Counted from the first letter of the stretch, positions 18,347 through 28,300 are shown. The stretch: 53,794 nucleotides of DNA from an uncultured Planctomycetales bacterium (GCA_965602635.1 CBFCZU010000003.1:1-53794); one strand, 5' to 3'. Program-made: numbers and translations. The notes: generated by a model not told the origin, from the sequence alone.

Positions 18347-20284
18347 TCAATCGTCAAAGCGCACGTCCAAGAGTTCCGACCACCGGACCAGATTCACCAG
18401 CCGCCAGATGTGCCGGTCGAACCGCTTGCGGCCAGCCAAGACCGCCTGCCATTCCTCTAGCACCGCAGGGAACTTCAAGGCGGGAATCGCCAGCGCAACG
18501 TCGCTTTGAAGCATACCATCCGCCCACCGCTTGAGCACAGCGAACCAGCGCCGTTCGGGGGTCCCAAAACCTATCTTGTCCTTTCGGTCCAGGATCGGCT
18601 GTGGCACGATGCCCCGCATGGCCCGCCGGAAGAGCCGCTTGCCCGCCCCGTCGGGGCCGATATGGTATTCCTCCGGCTGGGAGAGGCAGAACTCGGCCAG
18701 GCCCGGCGTCAGGAACGGAACGCGACTCTCCACGGAAAACGCCATGGAATTCCGATCCTCGTAACGCAGCAACTTCGGCAGGGAAGTTCGCACGATTGTC
18801 TCGTGCATCTGCTGCCTGAGGGCCTCGCGCCCGCAGCTGGAGCGGGGAAACTCGGCGGCTACGCCCCTGTCCCTGAACCACTCTCCGTTCAGCCACTTCG
18901 GGAGCAGGTTTTCGCCTATCAGCCGCATCGCCAGGCCCTTCAGGCACGGCGGCAGGGCAAACGCCCCCGTATAGCACAACAGCCACAGTCCACCGCCCGG
19001 ACCCGGCAGCCGCATCGCCCGCCCCAGCAGCCGGGCGGCCTGAAGCAGCCTCCCACGCCTCAGGAGCGAAGTAATCCGAGCGCCTACGTAATACCGATAC
19101 CCGCCCAGGATTTCGTCGGCGCCCTGCCCGTCGAGCATGACCTTGATGCCCGTCTCGTGCGCGAGCCGGAAAACTCGATACTGCGCGTACATGCTGGTGC
19201 TGCTCACCGGCTCATCCTGCGCGCCGATCAGGGCGTCCAGGTCCGTCGCCAGTTCGGCCGGCTGGATCCGCACCTTGTGGACCTCCGCACCGGCGGCGCC
19301 GCCCGCCAGGTCAACCCATTTCTCCTCACTGATCGCCTCGTCGGCAGCAATGTAACTGAAAGTGCTGATCTTCAGGTCAGCCCCCTGGACGTGGCGCATC
19401 GCCGCAACGATGGCCGATGAATCTATCCCGCCGGACAGCGCGGCGCCGACGGAAACATCGCTGCGAAGATGCAGCCGGATGCTCTGGAGGAACTCTTCCC
19501 GCAGGCTCTCGGCCGCTTCGTCAAAGGACATCCGCGAACGACCCTTCAGCCCCAGCCGCCAGTAACGAACGCACTTCGGCTCGGCCGGCGAGTCGACGGG
19601 GACCTCCATGTAATGGGCGGCGGGGAGCTGGCGCACGCCCGTCAGGAGCGTCTCGCCGCCGTAGTCCGTAATCCCGAATCGCAAATACTCATATAGGCGC
19701 TTCGGATTCACGCGGCGCTCAATTCCTGGAATCTCCAGCAGCGACTTCATCTCGCTGGCAAAGGCAAAGAATCGCTCGTCGCGGACATAGTAGAGCGGCT
19801 TAATCCCGAAGAAATCACGAGCCAGCAGTATCTTGCGGTCGCGGGTATCCAGGACAGCGAGGGCGAACATGCCGACCAGACGCTTGAGTGCTTCGGTCCC
19901 CCACCGGGCCAACGCCGCCAGCAACACCTCGGTATCGCTTCGGCTCCGGAACCGAAAGCCCGATTGGGCCAACTCGCTCCGCAATTCGAGGTAGTTATAC
20001 ACCTCGCCGTTATAGACCATGTGGTATCGGCCATCCGGCGAGGTCATTGGCTGGGCGGCCGCCTTGGTCAGGTCCAGGATTGCCAGCCGACGGTGCGCCA
20101 GGCCCAATATGGAGCCGGGCAGGGATTCGGGTTTCTGCGAAACCTTTACATCGCCTCTGCCCTGCCACGAGAGGAAGCCGAGGTCGTCCGGCCCGCGATG
20201 GGCCATGCAGTCGCCGAGGCGCTTGAGCGTCTGATGGTCAACGCCTGCGCCATCGAATCGTATTACCCCGGCAATTCCACACAT
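18347..20284 (-). CDS. asnB: Asparagine synthase (glutamine-hydrolysing)-like sugar amidotransferase
   Basis: MCGIAG, HRGPD, HRRLAILDL, NGEVYN, SGGIDSS, GQGADE, ESRVPFL, KIGF. Confidence 0.93.
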   Translation of the reverse strand: MCGIAGVIRFDGAGVDHQTLKRLGDCMAHRGPDDLGFLSWQGRGDVKVSQKPESLPGSILGLAHRRLAILDLTKAAAQPMTSPDGRYHMVYNGEVYNYLELRSELAQSGFRFRSRSDTEVLLAALARWGTEALKRLVGMFALAVLDTRDRKILLARDFFGIKPLYYVRDERFFAFASEMKSLLEIPGIERRVNPKRLYEYLRFGITDYGGETLLTGVRQLPAAHYMEVPVDSPAEPKCVRYWRLGLKGRSRMSFDEAAESLREEFLQSIRLHLRSDVSVGAALSGGIDSSAIVAAMRHVQGADLKISTFSYIAADEAISEEKWVDLAGGAAGAEVHKVRIQPAELATDLDALIGAQDEPVSSTSMYAQYRVFRLAHETGIKVMLDGQGADEILGGYRYYVGARITSLLRRGRLLQAARLLGRAMRLPGPGGGLWLLCYTGAFALPPCLKGLAMRLIGENLLPKWLNGEWFRDRGVAAEFPRSSCGREALRQQMHETIVRTSLPKLLRYEDRNSMAFSVESRVPFLTPGLAEFCLSQPEEYHIGPDGAGKRLFRRAMRGIVPQPILDRKDKIGFGTPERRWFAVLKRWADGMLQSDVALAIPALKFPAVLEEWQAVLAGRKRFDRHIWRLVNLVRWSELLDVRFDD

Positions 20285-20290
20285 GGCGAT

Positions 20291-22189
20291 TCAGGCCTGT
20301 GGCCCGTCAATGAACCGGCGGTGCCACAGTTCCAGACAAAGCGCGCCCCATAGCGATCGGCCGAAGGTCCGGCCCGAATTAATCTCGGCCTCTATTCCCG
20401 CGGGACTCACGATGCCCCTGTCCTTGCACCGCCGGCTCAGGAGGACGTCGCAGATAAACTCGCGGAGGTCGCCGGCGGCCCACTGAGTCAGCGGAACGGG
20501 AAAGCCCATTTTGTCCTTGCGGGCCATAATCTCCGGCGGCAGAACGTTCTGGACGACCCGGCGGAAGAGATACTTAAGTTGCCCGTTCTTGAACTTGATG
20601 ACCGGCGGGACGGAGGCCATCAGTTCGATAAGCCGGTGATCGAGCAGCGGCATGTGGCTCTCCAGGCCCCAGGCCGCACTCATCCGATCGTCAACGTGCA
20701 GAAGCGCCTGGATGCCGGCCTTGAGATCAAAGCAGAAAATCCGGTTAATCATGGCCGCGGCGCCGTGGCTGTTGAAGATGGCGTCGAACTCCTCGAAAGT
20801 CCGGCCGTGATCCAGCCCGAGGTCCGAATTGACGAGGTTCCGAGCGCCGGTGAAGCGGTCCATCAGTCTGAAGTATCGCCGGGCGGGTTCGTCGAACAGG
20901 CCGTCCCGCCAGAAGTTTCTCAGCATCGGCACGTAGTTTTCGAGGCCCGGCAGGGAAGGGACGATGGTCTCCAGCGTAGCGACGTAACGGGCCCGGTGGG
21001 CCGTCTCCTCAATCGCGCCCTTGAGGCATTCTTCCAGGTATGCCACGAGGTAGCGCGCGTATCCGATGAACAGTTCGTCGCCGCCTTCGCCACCCAGGAC
21101 AACCTTGACGTGCTCGCCGGCGAGTTTGGAAACGAAGTACTGCGGGAAGACGCCCGGCCCGGCCGCAGGCTCGTCCAGGTGCCAGATGATCTTCTCTATA
21201 GAGGTGGGAAAACTCTTCGCCGAGATATACGTCTCGAAATACTCGGTCTTGGCCGCCTTGGAGACAACCTTGGCATACGAGGTCTCATCGAAGCCGCCCC
21301 CTTCCCGAAACGCGCCGGTAAAGGTCTTGATGGGCACCCCATCGCCAAGAAACAGCCGGGTCAGGCACGTGATGGTGGACGAATCCAGCCCGCCTGAAAG
21401 GTACACCCCCACCGGCCCGTCGGCACGAAGCCGCAGACGCAGAGCGTCGCCGAGGAGCCAGTTCAACTTGTCCACGAAGTAGCTTTCATCGTGCTCCTCA
21501 TCCACGGGGAAGGAGATATCCCAGTAGCACGACAGTTGCGGGGCCTTGCCCGCCCGCAGGATAAGGTTGTGCCCGGACGGCAGAGACTTGACGCCCTCAA
21601 AGAGCGTCGTCTCGCCCAGGCAAAACTGGAAGGTCAGGTAATGCCGCAGTCCCTCCCGGTCGGGCCTGGCCCCGACCGCCCCCGCCGCCAGCAGCGCCTT
21701 GATCTCAGAAGCGAAGGCGAAGGATTTGTCCGTCCAGGTGTAATAGAATGGCTTGGCGCCGACGCGGTCGCGGGAACAGAACAATGTCTTTTCTCGCTTG
21801 TCCCAGATAGCGAAGGCCCAGACGCCGTTGAACCGCTGGGCGCACTTCGGCCCCCATTCCTGGTAGGCGCGAAGGACGACCTCGTCGTCCGTATGGGTGC
21901 TGAAGCGATGTCCTTTCTGCCTCAGTTCCCTGGCAAGGTCCAGGCCGTTGTAAATGAGGCCGTCGAAGGCGATCCAGGCCGTTTCGCCACCGTTGGCCGA
22001 GACCTGCCGCCCTTCGTCCGGTTCGGTTACGTCCGCCCGGTTGCATCCGAGGCCGAAGGAGCCGTCTTCAGCCGCCCAGACGCTCTTGCCGTCCGGGCCT
22101 CGGTGCTCCATCTCCTGAAGCATCCGATCGATAAGATCGTTAAGTTGTTCCCTGGAACCCGGTCCGGACATTCCCGCAATTGCACCCAT
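20291..22189 (-). CDS. AsnB-like amide ligase with degenerate glutaminase domain (no N-terminal Cys)
   Basis: Starts MGAIAG; synthetase motifs SGGLDSS, GEGGDELF, KMGF are intact. Confidence 0.88.
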   Translation of the reverse strand: MGAIAGMSGPGSREQLNDLIDRMLQEMEHRGPDGKSVWAAEDGSFGLGCNRADVTEPDEGRQVSANGGETAWIAFDGLIYNGLDLARELRQKGHRFSTHTDDEVVLRAYQEWGPKCAQRFNGVWAFAIWDKREKTLFCSRDRVGAKPFYYTWTDKSFAFASEIKALLAAGAVGARPDREGLRHYLTFQFCLGETTLFEGVKSLPSGHNLILRAGKAPQLSCYWDISFPVDEEHDESYFVDKLNWLLGDALRLRLRADGPVGVYLSGGLDSSTITCLTRLFLGDGVPIKTFTGAFREGGGFDETSYAKVVSKAAKTEYFETYISAKSFPTSIEKIIWHLDEPAAGPGVFPQYFVSKLAGEHVKVVLGGEGGDELFIGYARYLVAYLEECLKGAIEETAHRARYVATLETIVPSLPGLENYVPMLRNFWRDGLFDEPARRYFRLMDRFTGARNLVNSDLGLDHGRTFEEFDAIFNSHGAAAMINRIFCFDLKAGIQALLHVDDRMSAAWGLESHMPLLDHRLIELMASVPPVIKFKNGQLKYLFRRVVQNVLPPEIMARKDKMGFPVPLTQWAAGDLREFICDVLLSRRCKDRGIVSPAGIEAEINSGRTFGRSLWGALCLELWHRRFIDGPQA

Positions 22190-22433
22190 CGGCCAAACAC
22201 CTTAATCATGTTAGATGACTCTCGTTAGTCTATCCAGGTAGGAAGGAGAAGCAAGGCTATTCTACTCCGATCATCTCTGCTCCATAGGATACCCGAACGC
22301 TTTCTGGGACAGAGGCGTGCGATCTTGCCTTTGGGTCTTGCACATTGGAACGTGAGCACACCCAGCAGGGAGGCTGACGGCCGTGCCAAAGCCTACTATC
22401 CAGCCAACACAAGTCCTTCGCAACGGCGCCACG

Positions 22434-23660
22434 TTAACCGCTGGCACCGGGTGCTGCTAGGATTTCGATCTTGTCTATGTGGAGCAACCGTCCCGTCTCA
22501 CGAAAATCAAACCCGATCTGGATCGAGCAAGACTTACCATCGTCCGGCCGGAAGCGGATCTCCCATATCTCTGGCTTCTTGCCGGCGAGACGCTTTGTCG
22601 AAGCAAACGTCGATCCTGACAGCACGCTTGCCTTGCTACCTCTCGCCCAATACTTCAGCTCGGCATCGGTGGCGCGGTAAAGATGATAGCGAAGCACATA
22701 TGTTTTCCCGGGCTTGCAACCCTTGAATTCCCACATCGTGTGGAAGGTATCATGGGCCGTTCCCAGGGACACGCCCAAACACTGGCTGATCTTCAGCTTG
22801 ATCCCATCTTCATTCACATCGGAAAGGCTCCTGTTAGCCCGCCCGATCTTCACCGGCTCTTTGATCCGGCCAAGGTCAACGGGAGCGTAAAGGGTCTTTA
22901 CGTCGGGCAATTGGAAGAAACCGGCTGTGTCGCGACCGCGACGGACCTTATCCTGAGTATAGGTAAGACGCATCCGGTCAACGTTGTTTACCTTTCTGCG
23001 ATGGACGGTATCTTCCGATAATTGACCGTATCGGTCGAGGGTCTGCTCAAAAACGACCATGTGCTGCAGGGATTGCTCCGGGTGCGCGGCAATCTGCTCC
23101 CAGGAGAGCACGTTGCCGTCGCGGATGAATACACCTGCATAGGTGACGTCAAAGAAATGCCACTTCCCGTCGTAGTATGCCTGCGCGCATGTGTGCCCGG
23201 CCCCTGGGCCCTCGAAGTTGTATAGATTGAACACCCGCGCAGGAATATGCAGGAAGGATAACATCCTGACGAAGAGAACGGCTCGCGATCCGCACATGCC
23301 GTTCCGATAAGCGAACCATCCCAGCTCGTCCTTTTCCTTGCCATTCCGGTTGGCTATGTTTCCTGCAATCCACCGCGCGATGCGGAGGCATCGTTCCTGA
23401 TCTGAAGCAGTCCCAGCTACCAGCCGCTCGACCTTTTCGGCAATGATCGCCGAGAGGATCTCCTCCTTGGCAATGGTCGCTCTGCTCTTGAGACTCTTGC
23501 CGGAGCCGCTTTCTCCACCCTCGATCTCGACGACCAGACTCTCGGAGATCCGGCGGAGCCTGGCGAGCCACACGGTGTTAAGAACGGTCATCCCACAGAC
23601 AGCGACAATTGCGCAAGCCACTAAAGCCCATACCACTCGACGTTTCCAGCCATCTGCCAT
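22434..23660 (-). CDS. Membrane-anchored transglutaminase-like protein with beta-rich C-terminal domain
   Basis: N-terminal TM; 'GMCGSRA...GHTCAQAYYDGKWHFFD'. ATG 23660 has a GGAG RBS. Confidence 0.75.
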   Translation of the reverse strand: MADGWKRRVVWALVACAIVAVCGMTVLNTVWLARLRRISESLVVEIEGGESGSGKSLKSRATIAKEEILSAIIAEKVERLVAGTASDQERCLRIARWIAGNIANRNGKEKDELGWFAYRNGMCGSRAVLFVRMLSFLHIPARVFNLYNFEGPGAGHTCAQAYYDGKWHFFDVTYAGVFIRDGNVLSWEQIAAHPEQSLQHMVVFEQTLDRYGQLSEDTVHRRKVNNVDRMRLTYTQDKVRRGRDTAGFFQLPDVKTLYAPVDLGRIKEPVKIGRANRSLSDVNEDGIKLKISQCLGVSLGTAHDTFHTMWEFKGCKPGKTYVLRYHLYRATDAELKYWARGSKASVLSGSTFASTKRLAGKKPEIWEIRFRPDDGKSCSIQIGFDFRETGRLLHIDKIEILAAPGASG

Positions 23661-23714
23661 AGCACTCCGCTCCTCTCTGTCTCCAGAACGGCTCAGCATC
23701 AACGCATGGCTAGC

Positions 23715-24503
23715 GAGGCCGTCCCCGCCACAGTTGAAGGTTGGTAGCGGCCCACGATCGTGAATCCTATGCCACCTTCGTCGCCGCGGCAACCGCTGCC
23801 GCGGATTCTTCGGCCCCCAAGTACGACTTCAGGATCCACAACTGCTGGTACCCCATGATCCGCCGGAAGCGCTTCTCCGGCTCCAGCATCGCCGTGGCCG
23901 CCCAACGCAACGCCATTGACCCGTCCCGCCAACGCGTCACCCGACGCGTCCGCATGCGGCTGTCGTCAAGGCTGTGTGCAGCAAGTACTGATGGACGAAG
24001 AACACGGCCAACTTCAGGTCGAGCCAGCGGCGCACGCGGTGCAGGCGACGAACGTGGTAAGGCAACATGCTCACGTGGCTGTTGCCCTTGGCGGTCCACG
24101 ATGAGGAAGACCTTCCGATCCGAGTGCTTGATCAGTCGTCGAAGGAACTCCACGAACACCCCGGCCGTGAACCGCTCCCGGAACACCGTCCAAGCCATCT
24201 CGCCACGGCTGATCCGATGCGTCGAGCCGCAGAGGAGCCTAGCCAACCGTTCGATGGTACTGCAATGCCCCACGGTCATCGCCATCACCAAACCGCAGAA
24301 GTGCTTCCAGGCCGGGCGGGCGAAGTGCTCGCGAAGCGGCCGGTAGAACGCTTGAGTTCTCGCTGGGATTCAGCCGATGGCAAGCATGCGGCGACTCCTT
24401 CGATAAGCTCTTGTGGACACAGTTCTTATCGTCAGAATCCCCCGCTTGTTTCTTGCCTGTGCTATCATCAAAGTGCTGTGAATTGGTCAGTTCGAGCTTC
24501 CTA
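23715..24503 (-). mobile_element. IS graveyard: IS701-like 5' end (~24216-24503), IS630 fragment (~24094-24215), probable DDE_Tnp_1-type C-terminus (~23965-24092), IS256 3' end (23715-~23960)
   Basis: MLAIG*IPARTQAFYRPLREHFARPAWKHF; FVEFLRRLIKHSDRKVFLIVD; LPYHVRRLHRVRRWLDLKL; RVTRWRDGSMALRWAATAMLEPEKRFRRIMGY followed by an IS256-type end. Confidence 0.75.
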
Positions 24504-24597
24504 TCGCTGGGGGATGTCCGGCCGGGGGATGTACCACGGACGTCCCGCCCCTGAACAGTCGCCACCCCTGCGCGCGGTGGACGTGCGGAGGTGCCGA

Positions 24598-26028
24598 TCA
24601 CCGCCGTTTCCCGAGCGACCATAACATGTCCAGTCCGGCGGCACAGTACCGGCGAAACTGGTCGAAAGACCGAACCGAGCGAACCGCACGGAGAATCTGC
24701 CCGGGGCGGAAGTAAAACTCGTTCATCGCTGCGTGGGCGATACGCCGCAGCTTCTCGTTCTCGATGCTGGTCCAAGGCCTTCCCATGAACGCCGTATCGG
24801 CCTCTGGACGGGCGATGTACTCGGCCCAGAAATCGTGCTCGACGTGCGGCAGGTAGTAGCGATCGTACAACTCGGTCTTCGGAAACGCCGTCAGGCAGTT
24901 GAAGATCGCGAAGTCCAGCGGCAGGGACTTGGCGAAGTCGATCGTCTTGCGGATAGTCTGTTCCGTGTCGCCGGGCGAACCGATGAGGAAATAGCCGAAC
25001 GCGCTGATCCCGAGCTTGTCGGTCTTGCGGATGATCCGCTCGACATGGCCGAGGTCCATGCCCTTCCGCAGCTTCTTCAGAACCTCCGGGGCGGCGGATT
25101 CGATGCCGTAGAAGATCCGGTAACAGCCCGCCTCACGCAGGGCCTCGAGCATTTCCTCGTCAATGGTGTCCACCCGCGAGCGGACGTCCCAGATCATCTT
25201 CCTGCCGAGGCCGTTGTCCACGAGCAAGCGGCACATCTCCAGCACACGCTTCTTGCTAACGGTGAAGCTCGAGTCGAAGATGTCTACCTCGCGGATGCCG
25301 TGCTTCTCGTAGCACTGCTCGAACTCGGCAACGACGCTGGCGGCACTGCGGGCGCGCCATTTCGATCCAGCGGCCTCGCAAAAGATGCAGCGGAAGGGAC
25401 AACCCCGAGAGGTATTGAAGACCGTGTAGTTCCGCCGCACGCTGATGAAGTTGAAGTACGTCTCGTTTGGCACGAGGTGGCGGGCAGGAAATGGTACCGC
25501 GTCCAGGTCAAGGCAGGGCTCCGGCGGGCCGGCGTAGCGGATCTCGTCCCCGTCGCGCCAGAGAAGCCCGGGCAGTCCCTGGAAGCTCTCGTTGTGCTCC
25601 CAGCGGCGTACGAACTCAGGGAGCACCATTTCCGCCTCGCCCACGCAGCCGAAATCCACGCGCAGGTTGTACCGAAGCGTTTCGGTCGGGAAGATCTTCA
25701 TATGCACGCCGCCGAGCATGATTTTCGCCCTGGGCACGACCGACTTGCAGAACTCCGCGTAGCTCCTGGCGTTCTGAAAGTGGGAGGTAAAGACGCTCAG
25801 CCCGATCAGGTCGGGATCGAACGCCTTGAGCTTCTCGGCCAGTTCGTTGTGAGAAAGCCGCATCCCCACCGTGTCGTAGTAGGCGATCTCCACCCCGAGC
25901 TTCTCCAAGATCGCCGCAACGTACAGCAACTGGATATTGGGCATGTGCCCGAAATGTTTCATCACGGTCTTGTTACCCGGCTCGTTCGTCACCCGAGTAA
26001 CATCGTAATGGATTAAGGCCATCCGCAT
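24598..26028 (-). CDS. B12-binding domain radical SAM protein
   Basis: Cobalamin-binding N-domain (GGVH, VGEAE); 'TSRGCPFRCIFC'; YGIES. Confidence 0.9.
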   Translation of the reverse strand: MRMALIHYDVTRVTNEPGNKTVMKHFGHMPNIQLLYVAAILEKLGVEIAYYDTVGMRLSHNELAEKLKAFDPDLIGLSVFTSHFQNARSYAEFCKSVVPRAKIMLGGVHMKIFPTETLRYNLRVDFGCVGEAEMVLPEFVRRWEHNESFQGLPGLLWRDGDEIRYAGPPEPCLDLDAVPFPARHLVPNETYFNFISVRRNYTVFNTSRGCPFRCIFCEAAGSKWRARSAASVVAEFEQCYEKHGIREVDIFDSSFTVSKKRVLEMCRLLVDNGLGRKMIWDVRSRVDTIDEEMLEALREAGCYRIFYGIESAAPEVLKKLRKGMDLGHVERIIRKTDKLGISAFGYFLIGSPGDTEQTIRKTIDFAKSLPLDFAIFNCLTAFPKTELYDRYYLPHVEHDFWAEYIARPEADTAFMGRPWTSIENEKLRRIAHAAMNEFYFRPGQILRAVRSVRSFDQFRRYCAAGLDMLWSLGKRR

Positions 26029-26061
26029 GTCAGGTCATCCTTCGACAGCGCTCCCACCGGA

Positions 26062-26656
26062 TTATGGGACCCTTTGGCCCACTGGTCCTCTACGTTTCCG
26101 GCGCGCCAAGGCCTTCTTTGCTGCGAACTTCAGGTAGCCTTCTCCCTTCGTCCATTTGCCTCCGCCGTAGGGGCCCCACGTGGATTCAAGGCGGGCGATC
26201 TCGGTCATCCCTGCGCTCTCGAACCACTTGCAGGTTTCCGGCTCGCCGTAGGTTTCACGAATCGGCACGTACGCACAATTCGTCACGGTGTACGTGGACC
26301 ACGTCGAAGGTGTTGTCTGGATACGGCATCTCCAAGACCGTGCCCACTGACGCCCCCAGCCGATCGCCGAAGTCCTTGTTGCGCTCCAGGGTGTTGCGGA
26401 TGCAGCCCTTGCCCACGTCAATCGCGCAGACCTTCTCGCCTCCGGCCAGCAGCAGGCTGCGAACGGCCCGGCCACTCCCGCAACCGGCGTCGAGCACGAC
26501 TTTGCCCCTGAAGAAGCCAGCGTCCGTCGGCAACGGCGATCACTTGTGGAACTGATCGCGAGAAAACTGCTGCCACTGCTGCTGACTGAAGTCGTCCCAG
26601 ATCGACGCGTAGAGTGCCCCGGTCTCAGCCGTGATCTGTTACTTGTCATCTCTCAT
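26062..26656 (-). pseudogene. Degraded class I SAM methyltransferase (two nonsense codons, internal deletion/frameshift)
   Basis: MRDDK*QITAETGALYASIW...FHK*SPLPTDAGFFRGKVVLDAGCGSGR...PYPDNTFDVVH, then the C-terminal part lies in another frame. Confidence 0.8.
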
Positions 26657-27740
26657 CTGGTTCTGCCCGCCGTTGGTCCTCCGACGGTGCGGGCTTGCTG
26701 ACTGGCGTGGCCGTCGGGTTATTGATTGCCTGGTGCGAGCGGTAGAGCTCTTCGAAATAGAACTTATTCTGAAGCATGAGCATCGTGAAGGCGGACAACT
26801 GCAAGCCAAAAAGCAGCAGTGCCCCGCTGATGAAGAAACTGTAGGTGTAGGCATTGAACGTCTCGCTCAGCCCTGCCGAAACAGCCCCGAGGAAACCCAA
26901 GTGCATGTTTCGGGCGATGCGGGCGATGCAGCGAACCAGCAGCGCCATCGCCATGTACATCCCCGGGAGCACGACAAGCATCGCCGCGACCATGAACACA
27001 AGCGCCGGCCGCGAAAGCCAGCCCATCAGCAGGTACAGCCGGATCGTCGAGAGGATCCGCATCTTGGAGACACGGCCGAACTTGGCGTCGGAGGCCTTGT
27101 CCTTCGACCAGAGCAGATCGGCCGGAATTTCGCACACGCGGAAACGCATCATCCCCGCCTTCATCAGGATTTCCAGTTGCAGTTCCATGCCATCGGAAGT
27201 GAGGTAGATCGCGTCGATCACCTCCCGCCGGTAGGCTCGCACGACACACGTGCTGGTGGAGATGCGGTAATGGCTCATTCTGGCCAGGTAGCGGTTGCCC
27301 ACGCGCGAGAGGAAACGCCGGTAAAACGGCACGTTGCGGACCAAGCCGCCCTTTGCGTAGGCTGAGGCCAGTGCGATCTCAACGTTCTTTTCGTCCAGTG
27401 CCTCGGTCAGGCGGAAGATGTATTCGGGCCCGTAGCTGAGATCCGCGTCGAGCGTCACGATCACGTCGCCCTTGCAGGCGTCGAAGGCGGTGCGAAGCGC
27501 CCTTCCCTGCCCGAAGTTCCGTCGGTGGTGCAGCACTCGCACACGGCATTTGCCGGTTGCGAACTGATCCATCAGCTCGCCCGTCCGATCGCCGCTACCA
27601 TCGTTGACGCAGATCAGCTCCCAGTCCCAGCCTTCGCGGCCGGCAAGCTCCTCAACAATCCGCTGAAGGTTGCGAGCGATGATAGGTTCTTCGTCGTAGG
27701 CTGCTACGACGACGGTAAGTTTTCTCGGCTGGTTCGACAT
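26646..27740 (-). CDS. GT2 polyprenol-phosphate glycosyltransferase (DPM1/ArnC-like) with C-terminal TMs
   Basis: VVVAAYDEE, VNDGSGD, NFGQGRA, LDADLSY. Confidence 0.9.
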   Translation of the reverse strand: MSNQPRKLTVVVAAYDEEPIIARNLQRIVEELAGREGWDWELICVNDGSGDRTGELMDQFATGKCRVRVLHHRRNFGQGRALRTAFDACKGDVIVTLDADLSYGPEYIFRLTEALDEKNVEIALASAYAKGGLVRNVPFYRRFLSRVGNRYLARMSHYRISTSTCVVRAYRREVIDAIYLTSDGMELQLEILMKAGMMRFRVCEIPADLLWSKDKASDAKFGRVSKMRILSTIRLYLLMGWLSRPALVFMVAAMLVVLPGMYMAMALLVRCIARIARNMHLGFLGAVSAGLSETFNAYTYSFFISGALLLFGLQLSAFTMLMLQNKFYFEELYRSHQAINNPTATPVSKPAPSEDQRRAEPDER

Positions 27741-27838
27741 TTGTGTTGATGCGCCTTCGGAACAGCCAAGGTGGCCCGGGCCGTAGACAAAACCAAGAGA
27801 TTATAGACATGCTATCGCGAACCGGTCAACGGTCTTGT

Positions 27839-28183
27839 CCCAGATTCCCCAGATAAGTGCACCGACGAATCGTGGCACTTCAGGGCGCCGGCCGCCAGTA
27901 GGCAGGCGCGTCCACTTCAGCGCGTTCCTGCCCTCCTTGATCTGCCTGCGGCTCGACTGATCTCGCCGAAGTCCGGCAGGCAGGTCCATTGCTCCGCGGT
28001 GCCACGCTGGGTGTGGAATCTTACCACCCCTTCCGCCGAACGACGAAGATTCGTCACGATGAACCGCACCTGGCGAAATAGCTCGCCCTTGTGCCATCCG
28101 CGACATCGAGAAAAGCCTGCATTCGTAAGGTTGAACGTGACATCATCACACTTCAGTTGTGGATTGTGTTCGGGAAATGCGGG
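27839..28183 (-). mobile_element. Internally deleted IS1380-family element with both ends, in the divergent intergenic region
   Basis: Minus-strand WHKGELFRQVRFIVTNLRRSAEGVVRFHTQRGTAEQW//IKEGRNALKWTRL; imperfect inverted ends CCCGCATTTCCC and CCCAGATTCCCC. Confidence 0.75.
27942..27984. repeat. Nested REP-like palindromic insertion inside the IS1380 relic
   Basis: CTGCCTGC[GGCTCGACTGATCTCGCCGAAGTC]CGGCAGGCAGG interrupts the EQW|IKE codons. Confidence 0.7.
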
Positions 28184-28300
28184 TTGATTCGACTAGGCGA
28201 ACGTTGTAGGCTCACACTGTTGAGGTCCGAGGCGGCGGCTTGGCAGCGGGCCGCTCGCACCGGCCGGATGATACGTCAGAGGCGCAGGCGAGGTCCGAAC

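Noticed and set aside
20291-22189. Lasso peptide cyclase / RiPP cluster (Cys-less AsnB, transglutaminase-like protein, SPASM rSAM)
   Set aside because: No precursor peptide or PqqD/RRE domain seen; the transglutaminase-like protein is membrane-anchored and the context is entirely sugar biosynthesis.
22270-22431. 53-codon minus-strand ORF with an LPAGC lipobox-like motif
   Set aside because: Short, no RBS and no recognisable family; at most a gene remnant.
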